The notes beneath the pieces were generated by a model. It was not told where the DNA came from. It searched no databases and saw only the letters and a program-made list of their open reading frames with translations. DNA of 64,000 nt from Felis catus (Eukaryota). How positions within the stretch are numbered: the first letter of the stretch is position 1; every line of letters begins with the position of its first letter. The DNA is taken from contig NC_058368.1 of the NCBI RefSeq assembly GCF_018350175.1, forward strand, positions 233,742,001 to 233,806,000, written 5' to 3'. Positions 26,701 to 37,600 of this stretch are shown here, one piece after another. Made by a program: the position numbers and the translations under genes.

Positions 26701-27057
26701 GGGGTGACTGGGTGGCTCTGTGGTTGAGCATCCAACTCCTGGTTTCAGCTCAGGTCATGATCCCAGGGTCATGCAACAGGGCACCACGTTGGGCTCCACG
26801 CTCCGTGTGGAGCCTGCTTAAGATTCTCTCTCTCTTCCTCTGCTCTCTCTAAAATAAAACGAGAGACACCAGGGTGGCTCAGTCGATTAGTGTCCGACTT
26901 CAGCTCAGGTCTGATCTCACGGCTTGTGGGTTCGAGCCCCACATCGGGCTCTGTGCTGACAGCTCAGAGCCTGGAGCCTGCTTCCAATTCTGTGTCCCTT
27001 TCTCACTCTGCCCCTCCCCCGGTCATGCTCTGTCTCTGTCTCTCTCAAGAATAAATT

Positions 27058-27093
<36 letters not shown>
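26701..27093 (+). mobile_element. Two tandem CAN-SINEs (older ~26701-26858, feliform ~26862-27060) followed by (CA)n
   Basis: Two consecutive SINEC heads and bodies; (CA)n at 27060-27093. Confidence 0.88.
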
Positions 27094-27097
<4 letters not shown>

Positions 27098-27402
27098 AGC
27101 CTTGGGGATAAGAACGTAGAAATGAGAGCCAGCATCTTTGAGATCTGGCTCATTCTAGCTGTAATGTCCCAATACCATCATGTCTGAGGGACAGTAAAGG
27201 ACATTAGTGAAACAGGTGGAAGTTCTACTTCTAAGACCTTGCAATCAAGGCCCCCATTCCAAAGTACTGGTCCACCATATTCTCCACCAGGAACCTCCTC
27301 TAAGTGGCTGGCCACAGAGACTTGATTTGTTCATAGGATTCTCACCCACAATAACCATCTTGGGAAATCTCAATAATTTCAGTGTTCTAAAAAGGAGCTA
27401 TT

Positions 27403-27630
27403 GGGGCACCTGGGTGGCTCAGTCTGTTGGGAGTCCGACTTCGGCTCAGGTCATGATCTCACAGTCCGTGGGTTTGAGCTCCATGTCGGGCTCTGTGCTG
27501 ACAGCTCAGAGCCCGGAGCCTGCTTCAGACTCTGTGTCTCCCTCTCTCTCTGCCCCTCCCCCACTCATGCTGTCACTGTCTCAAAAATAAATAAAACGTT
27601 AAAAAAAATTTGTTTAAACATAAAAATAAA
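27403..27630 (+). mobile_element. CAN-SINE (feliform)
   Basis: Full body, TSD aaaaag(g/a)agctat. Confidence 0.93.
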
Positions 27631-28599
27631 AAAGAAGCTATCGTACCTTATGTCTGTATGTTTCAAATACAATAAATTATTCATCCAATATATTTTAATT
27701 GTGTTAACAATTGGAAATTTCCATTTCAAGCACCAAGTATTTTTTGTAAGTGATTTGGTTGGACTCTAAGATATAACTGGCCTTAGGTATCCCTAATAGC
27801 CTAGACCCAGGTCTCTATTCCTACTCTTTCTTGGCACCGTTGTTCTGGAAACTGGAGCAAAGTCGGAAAGGTAGTTGGCAAAGTTACTCACGATGGTTTT
27901 TCAGGTAAAGGTTCCCATTACCGTTTCCATCACTCTCTCAACTGCCTATGTGGCTTCTGGGTCAGAAGTGTAAGCCCAGGTAAAAAGAAGGAACAGAAAC
28001 ATTATTTATAACATTACCAGGAACGGCTGGATCCATGAAGTTTTCTCCTTGTGATTTTTTTTTTTTATTGTATCCTTATACAAAGTGAGCATCAAAGCAA
28101 CATCAGCCACACCTCAACTTGGTCAAATGGACGCACACGTGAGCTAACCCAACCATCCTTTTCTCTCCTCCCAAACACACCTGGTGGTTGCAGCCAGAAT
28201 TTCCAGGGGTCTGTCGATTTCCTGATATGATACCAAGAAATCACATCATAAATATCTTACTTTTATACACCATTATCCAAAGCTAACAAAATCGAGAAAT
28301 AGGAAAAGCCACAGGAGTGTCCATTTGGCATGAATTTTAGGGCTGGAAAATGAAACACTTATGTCAAAATGGGACTTTTAATTAAACTATCTTTGGATCA
28401 CCAACTATCTTTTTTTTGATGACTCAAAGTTTATGCACAAGATGTATCACATAAAGAGAAACATAACCCCTGCTCTTCCATGCCCAGACTTAAAAATCCT
28501 ATTATCCATTTAGTTTCCAGCCGGACAGACATGTCACCTACAGGATGCCTTGACAAGGAAAACCCTCTGTGGCACAAACATACGAGTAACAGTGAGGTC

Positions 28600-28830
28600 A
28601 TCGTGGGGCTTGGGTGCAATCAATATGTGCCTGGCGCTGTGCTACACGTTCATATGATCTATCCTTCTTCATTCCCAACAGAGCTCCCCGAGCCTGGTTG
28701 TGCTATCTGTGTTATTTCAGACGAAACAGTAGCTGAGGCGACGGCAGGTAAATTAATTTCTCAGGGGCACACACCAAGTGGCAAAACAGACCCCGATCCA
28801 GGGCTATCTGCAAAGTTCTGTCGTGCTAAC
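28600..28830 (-). mobile_element. MIR
   Basis: tatgtgcctggcgctgtgct..atttcagacgaaac..ctgaggc. Confidence 0.55.
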
Positions 28831-29859
28831 CAGTAGGCTCCTGATGGAAAGACCAGCTTCTAAGGAAAGCAGACCTACGCCATCAATTACACACGTGTTA
28901 ATTACAACGCCTGGGCCAGGGCCAGGGCTGTGTGAAACACCCGGAGCGGAGCTCCGTTTCGTCCCGATTTGTTGAGGAGGCGAGACAAGCTCACAACACT
29001 ATGCTGAACATCAGATGACAGTAATGTGGTAGTGAAAATGCTTTCACACAGTTCAGGAGCTTTGCAGATGGAAGGAGAATGAGTGAAGTCCAGTAAATTG
29101 TGCCGAAGCCAATATCAAGTTATAGAAAGGACTGCTGTGTGAGCGGATTATTCACAGACACCCAGTTTAGACTATCACTAGCAATTACTGATCAACATAT
29201 CAAAGTGATTAATACCACCATTAAACACCTGTAACAGAGTAATATATCAGCTCTCACAGTGTTATTACCTTTTAAATAGAATGATTTAAAAATATCGGTA
29301 AGAGGAAACTTCGCAAATAGTTCAACAGGAATGATTCTACATGCCACGGTATTTATGCCAGAGATTTCTCAGACAACAAAAGCACAGCCACAAATGGGTC
29401 CTCGGCTTAATGGGGAAGACACTGGGAATACTGGGCATAATGAAAATAAATGATGCCCACCTCAACGAGCTCAACGTCAGGAAGCAGCTCTACCAAGATT
29501 TGTTTTAACATCAAAAGAGAAAAGAATTGACGTGTAACTCCATTCCGGAAAATGAGGGCTGAGGACATTCACATCAGTAGGAAATTTCAACAGGAAACCC
29601 GCGATTGTGCCTGGACCGGAGCTGGGAATCTCCGATCTGCAGTGGCCTCCAGGAAAGCTCCCCCAGGAAAAGTCGAATGCCGTGCATCTGGCCCCCACCC
29701 TGCCCCTGTGGGACCTGAAAGAAACGAGCGCACTGCTCTGGGTCTCTGTCCTCATTCTCCAAGAGTGCCTTCCAGCTTTAATGCCATGTGACGCGTTCTT
29801 CCATAGCAACAATGGAAATGCAACTACAGAAGACTCTCCTGACAGTACTTCCTGGGGGG

Positions 29860-30055
29860 CATGTTCTGGGCCAGGCATTACTCTGACTGCTTCACAAGCA
29901 CTAATTTGGACCATCGCCTCAGAAGGCAGGTACCGTTCTATTTTACAAACAAGAAAACGGAGGCACAGAGAGGTTAAATAACTTGACGAAGGTCATAGAG
30001 ATGGAAAGGCACAAAGCCAAAAGGCCCGCGCAGAGAGATGCTCTTAACCATCACT
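29860..30055 (-). mobile_element. MIR
   Basis: attttacaaacaagaaaacggaggcacagagaggttaaataacttg..aaggtcatag. Confidence 0.8.
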
Positions 30056-31365
30056 TTCTCTGCCCCTTTTTAAAAGGAGAAGACTAGGTCCTGTGCATAT
30101 ATTGAATTGTGCACTTTTAAGATCCCAAGGATGCTTCCAAATCCTTCCTTGTCAGCCTTCTAAATTGCAACCACCTTTCCTGCAGAAAATTACGGTTTTT
30201 CCTCATCTTTTGTTGATACCACAGTTAAGTGGAATGACTTTGTGAAAGGCTGGTTGCAATTACAAACACCTGCCAAGGAAGAGTTTCCTGAATGCAAAGA
30301 AATTCACGGGAAGGTATATCTTGAGATACCTCTACTCTGATTCCTAAGAACAAGCTCTAGTCCCATGTACCCCCAGAATTATGGGACCAGAGGAAGTACA
30401 TACAACTTTTCCTGTTCCTTAAAGAAGAGGCCAGACATATTTATCCGCCTTCTCCAGCCTTCACCCCCCAAGACAAGGGTGATGGATTGTGTCCCCACTG
30501 ACATCCTACCACCCACTGGGGGCGCTGAAATACTGTCTGGAATAATAAAGCCCATCTTCCTGTACAATGACTGGGTTTCTGTGTGTGTTTCTCCATTGTA
30601 TAAATAAAGAAAAAAAAAAAAACACTGATATATCTGTCCCTAGAAAAAATACCCAATTTTCCCTGGAAAACTGATTTGGAATGGCAAGTACTTATGGTTA
30701 TTGTTTGAAAGATTTAGCTCACCAAATCACAAAAAAGGAAGAAGACAGGTCATATTCTCAGTCGAAATCATGCATATTACATATTTAATAAAAGCATGTA
30801 TACCTGCATGGGTTTCCATCTCATAGCAAAACAAAAAAAAATCTATTTTGTTGCAATATCTATTTAAAATGTATGGGAATAAAAGTTTTCCATTCCAGTT
30901 GAAATATTAACTATTTCTCATCATGAATTTTAGCTAAAACAAATCTGGTTGGAGCCAGCTGGTATTTTGACAAACTAAAAAAATTATGTCAACTTTGCTA
31001 ACAATGACAGGCCAATTTCGAAAAAAAAAAAAAAAAAAGCTTGCTGATTTTGGACGTGATAAGTCAGAGAGGATTTAATTCTGATAGACAGTTTCCACGC
31101 ATGTAGTAATGAGAGCCAGTCCTGGAAAATGAAGTGACATCATAAGACTCAGAACTTAAAGTCTGATCTCATGAGTTCCATTATTTTCTGATGCCAGGTG
31201 TCAAGTTTACTTGACATGCTATCAGGCGTCCTATTTATTCTATGTCTAGATAATTCCTAGCAAATGTGGGATAAAACCTATGTAACGGCTTCCTATGTAG
31301 AAAATAACTAAGCAAGATGGTGAAGTTTCCATTCAGAATTTATTTTTACAATGTAATAAAAATTC

Positions 31366-31560
31366 AGGGCAGCTGGATGGCTCCGTCATTTGGGCGTCTG
31401 ACTTCAGCTCAGGTCATGATCTCATGGTTCCTGGGTTCAAGCCCCGCATCGGGCTCTGTGCTGACAGCTTGGAGCCTGGAGCCTGCTTCCGACTCTGTGT
31501 CTCCCTCCCTCCCTCTCTCTCTCAAAACTGAATAAACATTAAAAATAAAAGTTTAAAAAT
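31366..31560 (+). mobile_element. CAN-SINE (feliform)
   Basis: SINEC body and A tail. Confidence 0.9.
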
Positions 31561-33486
31561 ACTTCAAGAACTACTTTAACTTCACGCAGTTTCATGGACT
31601 GATTGATCGTAAGTTGAAATTAAGTGAAACTGATTTGTGAATCATGTCAATTAGGGAGCTACTAAGACAAAACTTACCATTTTATCTTTACCAGCTATTC
31701 CAAATCACTTCGTACAAAGGCAAGTCCATACAGCAAAACATCACTCTGTACTTGGATGATGCTAAGATCATTTTGTGATCCAAATGTTCTAGGAGACTAC
31801 TGGATGTGCATGAAGAAGATTGCCAGACTTTTTCTACTACAAGAACGGATGGAAGTCTAATAGAAACCAAAATCAGGCAGATTCATGGGAAAGAAGAAAT
31901 CTGTCCAAGATTTCAGGCAGCAAAAATAGATGTGCCGAGCTCCTGAATTACATCAGAGCCCAGCTATTCTTGTAAAGCGCTCGAAGGTGGAAACCTGGGC
32001 TGGCCCCAGGCGGCTATTTCCATCCCCCAGAGGTAGATCGCTCAGCAGCCAAGCTCTGGTCAGTCTGAGAAACGAACTCACCCCACTTGGTGTGAACACA
32101 GCTCTACGTGAACACCGGCCTGTCTTTCAACGCTCCATCTTTGTGTGAACAGAGAACATTTTCCGGAAAGCGGAACTGCTGTTTATGATATTACTAAAAG
32201 CAAAAGAGAAACGAGCCGTCTGGAGCTCAGAACTGACCCAGTCGTCCCTAACGTCTAGTATGGAAGGATACTGCCTATGGCTTGCGGGGCTTCCCACCTC
32301 CCGCTGGGCCCTGCAGCCCCAGTCCCCACCTGAAGGGAGCCTTTCCACCAAAACCATTCATACTCCCTGATTCTGGAACGTTTCTGCAGAGCTCTTCACC
32401 TTGAAAGATTCATACAGTAGTCAGTCCACAGACCAGGTACAGCAAGGAACAGTCTATTTCGCTGCCTCTGGGCATCATCTTAGGCCACAGCCATGGCCCG
32501 GGAAGTGCTTACTCTGTGCTTTAAACGCTTTAGCTGAACGCCAGGGAAGTGTGGAAATGGTGGGTTTCTCAAGGAAAGGTAAAGACGCCTGGATAAACTG
32601 TGAAAAGGATACCACTCGCACCATGTGATATGGAACATAAAGGAGGTGTATAAAGAGAGACTAACGGAGAGCTCAAAAACAACTCAGAGAAGGGCGTCAC
32701 AGCTGGACGATGCTGAACCTCAAGAAAAGCCCAGGCAAGAACATCTGTATCAGTGGGGTTTAAGAAATTCGAGACCTGTATCTTAGAAAACAAAGTGCTG
32801 TGTGTGCAGGGGAGACATGAACTACACACTTGTCTTTAAATATATTAATGGTGCTATAAATAGGCCATCACCTGCTCCTCCCTTTCCATTTAGAAGAGAA
32901 CGAGGCAGAAGGGTTTGAATTACAGATTCAACAGAATCACAAGCAGCGACGTCCTAGCAGAAGAGATTTCCAGAGGAAAGCTGACGTGCTTTCCTCCCTG
33001 CAAGTGCAGGAATGAACAAAAGATGCTTTTAGAGAGCCTGGTGCCAGTCCTGAAAGTGGTGAAGGGAGACAGAGATGCCATGCCCATTCCAGGGGGCATC
33101 CGGGGCTGCTGCCGTGGTTAGGAGGACAGCGCTGAAGTCACACCCAGAAAACAGAACCAAAAGGCGCTCTCCGCTCCGGATTTTGTGATAGAAGAACCAG
33201 TGTGTGATCCGGGGGCATCCGGATCCCCTACATTCTATTTTGGACTCTTACCGAATTCCATCAGGAGACAGTACTTCTCGGGAAATGTGGGGAGAAAGAA
33301 AACTTTACTTTTAAAAGAACCCTATGATGATAACAAGTTTTCCCCGTGCATAATAACTGAGTGCCATCTGGCTCAGGAGGCAAGTAGGAAGGACAGCTTT
33401 TTTACACACTTGGTGAAATACAGGCAAACGTCCATTTATTTCTTTGCTCCGCGACCCGAACGCACGTGCATACTTCTATTCTAAGC

Positions 33487-33489
<3 letters not shown>

Positions 33490-33518
<29 letters not shown>
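33490..33518. repeat. (CA)n microsatellite
   Basis: Perfect CA run. Confidence 0.95.
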
Positions 33519-33520
<2 letters not shown>

Positions 33521-34452
33521 GTCATTCAGTAGAGACATCTCCAGATCAACCGCTGACCCAAAATACCCCACTGGATAAATCGATGCCTGGCAGTCTGCAC
33601 ATACATACATAATCACAGGCAGTGCAAAAGTTTGAACCACACAACCAGAATGATCGGTAACAGGAAGTTTACCGCCATCTACAGATTTTCCCTCCCCGCT
33701 CCAGGGAGCGAGCCAAGGATTCCTGCCTGAAAAACATAAATTGGCAAAAGTGGCATCAGCTGTTGAGTTGCACCGATGATCCTGGTGATGAAACCCACTT
33801 TAAAAACCCGCACGAAAGAGTCGACACGATGAACAACCTCCCTAGAAACAGGAAATCAACGGTCCGTGGGTGCTTGCTACTTACAGACTCAAAGCGTGAA
33901 GACTCACAACAGGTCAACACCCCATCTCGTTATGTCTATGGGACTAAACAGATATAAGGGCAGAGATGCATAATCCTCTGCTTCCCCCCCCCCCATTTCC
34001 CTCGCCATTAACCCCTTTCCCAGGGCAGGTTTGGGAGAGTTAACGTGCACTCCCAACTAAAACGCCGGCTCCGGGGGCCCGTGCACGGCCTCGGGCAGCG
34101 GCCGGAGGGGTCGCGTCTCGGGCAGATGTTGCGGCCGCGGCGCCGGCTGGAAAGAGCAGCGGGCCGGGCCAGCGGGTGCGCGGGGCCGGGGTGGGGGAGC
34201 ACACGCCCTGCCCGTCCACCCCGGGGAGCACCCCGGCAACTTTATCTGGGGCCCCACCTGCCACGGAAAGTTTTCTCTCGCCCGCTGCCCCCCCCCCCCC
34301 CCACCGCGAGCCGGGCCGGGAGCCGCGGGCCGAGGGGCCAGCCCCCGGGCGGGACGCGCGGCTCGTCCGGGCCGGGTCCACCTCCGGGCGCCGGGCTCCG
34401 GGCTCCGGGACCGGGACGGCGCCGGGGCAGGTCGCGCGGGGAGGCCACTCAC

Positions 34453-34683
34453 CAGCCGGAGCGCGAAGAAGACGGCGAGCAGGGCGAGGCAGGCGCCCAT
34501 GACGATGAGCAGCAGGAAGACGATGAGCGGGTGCTGCTGGCTCATGCAGTAGTAGGACTCGTACAGCCAGTCCCGGGACCGCTGCAGCCCGTCGCCGCCG
34601 CCCGCCGCCGCCGCCGCCGCCGCAGCCGCCGCCTCGGCGCGGTCCCGCAGGTAGCGGCGGCGCCGCATCGCCTCCCGCCACAT
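34453..34683 (-). CDS. ADCY2: Adenylate cyclase type 2, coding exon 1 (77 codons; cytosolic N-terminus and first TM helix)
   Basis: Translates to MWREAMRRRRYLRDRAE(A)10GGGDGLQRSRDWLYESYYCMSQQHPLIVFLLLIVMGACLALLAVFFALRL, matching the recalled mammalian AC2 N-terminus. ATG is at 34683-34681. The exon ends in phase 0 at a canonical donor CTG|GTGAGT (GTGAGT = 34452-34447) and lies in a CpG island. Confidence 0.97.
34594..34632 (-). repeat. Coding GCG/GGC trinucleotide repeat (Ala10-Gly3)
   Basis: Minus strand reads GCG GCG GCT (GCG)7 (GGC)3. Confidence 0.95.
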
Positions 34684-37600
34684 CGGGCCGGCTCGCGGGG
34701 CGTCCGCCGAGCGCGCCCGGCCGGGGCTGCGCCGCCCGCGTCCCACCCCCGCGCCGCCTCGGCCGGCCCGGCTGCCGCGCTCCGAGCTGCGCGCAGGGGC
34801 CTCCGGCGCGGGCGGAGCTCGGCGCCCCGGGCTGGGCGCTGACGCGCGGGCGGGGGCCGGGCGGCGGCCTCAGGGGCAGCTCCCGGCGCCGCCGCTGCCG
34901 CCACCGCGCGGGAGGGGGCGGGTGCGACCGGGGCCCTCGGCCCGCCCCTCTCCTCCCTCCCCCCCCCCCCCACCAACCGCGCGGCGCGCGGCCCGGCCTC
35001 CGCCCACCGCCGCCGCCCCCCGACGGCCGAGCCACGCGCTGGGGGCGGCCCGAGGGGGAGGGGAGGGGAGGGGGGCGCCGGCCGCGCGCCGGCCGGGACG
35101 TCCCCTCCTCCCGCCCGCCCACGCCCGGCCTCGGCGGGGCCCACCCTCTCCCAGCTACCGGAGCGCGGCCCGGGGTTCCCGCTGCCCGCCCCCACACACG
35201 CGTCCCACCTCGCTCCGAGGCTGCGGGGGCGCCCAACCTCCCCCCGCCCCCCACGAGCTCGCGGCGCGGCGGGAGGCGCCCCCCCCCCCCGGCCTCCCAG
35301 TGGGCTGCGGGCGGGGGTGCTCCCGCGCTCTTCTGCACGAGCTCAGCGCGAGGCCGGAGGACACCTCCCATCCTTTCGTGCCCCCGACCCCGAGGACAGC
35401 TGGAACTTCTCCATTTCACCATCTGGGCGCGCCGAGGAGGGGTTCTCCCTTCCCCCCTTAGTGGGTAGGGGGTTCCCACCCTCCTGCTCCCCGCGCGGCG
35501 AGGGTGGGGTGCCCACGCTCCTTCCCCCTCTCGCGGAGGGCAGGGGACTTCCGGGCGGGGGGGCGGAGAGGGCCTGGGGCGCGAGGAGTCCCCTTATTAG
35601 TGGAGAACTGCCCCAGATGCGCAATGGAGGAGCGAGGCGGTTGTGACCGAGTGCAGCACCCCGCCACGTCCTTGGGTGGGCAGCCTCACTTGCGCCCTGC
35701 ATGGTCGGCTTGTCACACTTTGGGGGTGCCCACTGGGCCAAAGGGTTCCTTATCGGAGGTTCCGGGGGCGCCCTCTGACCTGCACCGTCCCCCCGCCCCC
35801 CCCCCTCGAGCCCCTTGTGCCTGGCGGGGATGGCAGCCAGGGCGCGCCCGGATTGCCGAGCGCTGGCGCGGGCGGGGTCCGCTCCGGGATCGCCCCCACC
35901 TCGGGGACAGCCACCTGGGGAGGCGCCAGAGACCGCGCCGGAGCCACGTGGGGGCAGACGCTGGCGGGAGCCGTGTGCCCTCCCCGCACGCCTGGGAGTC
36001 GTGACCTCTGGCCCTCGCCCCGAAGGATAGAGGAGCTCCCCGGGGCTCCCCGAAGGATTCCACCCTTCTGGAGGTTTCCTCCTATTCGAGTGTTGTCCGG
36101 CGCAAAGACCCGAAAATCCCACCTCCTCCCAAAGCCTAAGGATTCCGAGGCACGGCGACCCTCCTCGGTCACGCCGCCAGCAAACAGCGCAGAGGGGCTC
36201 ATTCCTAAGCGCTCGTAGTCTCTTCCAGGAGACGACACCTGGCTTCGCCTACCCTCGGGAACCTTCCCTCCCTGCCCCGCTGCCCGCCCGCACTGTCCCG
36301 TCCCCCTTCCCCAGCAGGGCCGGGGCGAACTGGGTAGCTGCGAGCCTTCTGGAGGCCGGCAATACGTATTCTTAGCAGCACGCCCGCTCCGCCCGGGGGG
36401 GGGGGGGGGTGGGGGGGGTGGGTGGCTAAGGCCAGCGACTAGCTCAGCTCTACCCCGGCGGCCGCAGAGCTGGGCTGGCGAGGGGGCGGGGGACGGGGTG
36501 GGGGGGAGAAGAGGGGCTGGGCTCAGGGGCGTGTCCCGAACGCCCCTTCCTCGCTCCGGGGTCCTGCCCCACCAGCCTTCACCTGGTCCGGGCCTTCCCT
36601 CCTGCCCGAGACGTGGAGAGCAGGAGAAATGGAGGAGACCGTGGATGGAGAAGGTCCCCGCTGAAGGTCTCCTGTTGGTCACAAGGCTGATACCCTCCCG
36701 CCCCAGCGGAAGAATAAAACTATTCCATGTCGACTTAGTTGTCTATCGCCCTCACCCTGCCTTGTCTGCCCCCCCCCCCCCGCTCTAAAATCACCCGGAC
36801 TGTATAGACCACTTAACCCTGGCAATTCCAGTATCAGCCAAACCCACCCACTGGGCTTGATCCTTTCTTTTGGGCGGGGAATTTTAGGTTTATGGTGGTT
36901 CTGGGAGCAAGTCGTAATGACTGCACTGATAAAGGGGAGTTATAAATAGCCAGACCCGGACATCGCCCAAGGAGACTCGGTGGAGGGCCAGGTTACACAG
37001 TTTCTGTTGTGTGGATTCTCTTTGCCTCCCTCTGGGCTGAGGTCTCCGAGTCGGGCAGAGTTGTGCACTTACAGTCTCGTGCTGTTGGCACAACATACTA
37101 ATTATTCACCTCCCCAATTCTTGGTGCTTCCTCACCCCTTGTATTGATAAACATCTTCCTTCACCCACTCAAGAAAGAAGAAAAAGTAAATAATCTGTCA
37201 TTTAGGTTTATGGGCAAAAAGAGCTGAGAGATTATGAGAGAAAAGTAAATGTTTCATTATTTTCTTTTTCCTTCTAGTGTGGGAGTGGGGTATTTTTAAC
37301 CACCAGTATCTCTCGTGTATATTCTCCATATGGTAAAGGGGAGTTGTTCTAAGACTTTGAGGGGATTTTGCTAAATGCAATGGTAAAATATAATCAGAGA
37401 GACTCTGCACGGAGAAGATTTTGCACTTGACCCTTCTGCCGTGTTTTTGTCATTCATTTGTTTCCATTAAATTATTCAAGAAATATTTATTTTTGTGCCT
37501 ACCGTGTGCCAGATGTTCAGAAAGGGGAATAAAAACAAAAAAGGACCGGGCCCTCCTGCATCCCTTCTGGGAATCTCCAATGTACTTTCAAAAGTAGGGC

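Larger units (their letters stand above)
12041..34452 (-). other. ADCY2: ADCY2 intron 1 (22,412 bp, GT-AG)
   Basis: Bounded by the exon 1 donor GTGAGT and the exon 2 acceptor TTAG; no other AC2-like coding sequence recognised inside. Confidence 0.93.
34040..36560 (-). promoter_or_regulatory. ADCY2: CpG island covering the ADCY2 promoter, 5'UTR and exon 1
   Basis: Very GC- and CpG-dense, with many GGGCGG/CCGCCC GC boxes, no obvious TATA box, and a half-CRE TGACG at 34840-34844. The TSS cannot be placed from sequence alone. Confidence 0.9.

Noticed and set aside
30505..30530. CTCF-like cccactgggggcgctg
   Set aside because: Several mismatches in the 5' half of the core; unsupported without ChIP data.
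34040..36682. Many long overlapping ORFs (up to 479 aa) in the CpG island
   Set aside because: Stop-poor GC-rich sequence gives Pro/Arg/Gly/Ala low-complexity translations. Only 34453-34683 has AC2 homology and a splice donor.
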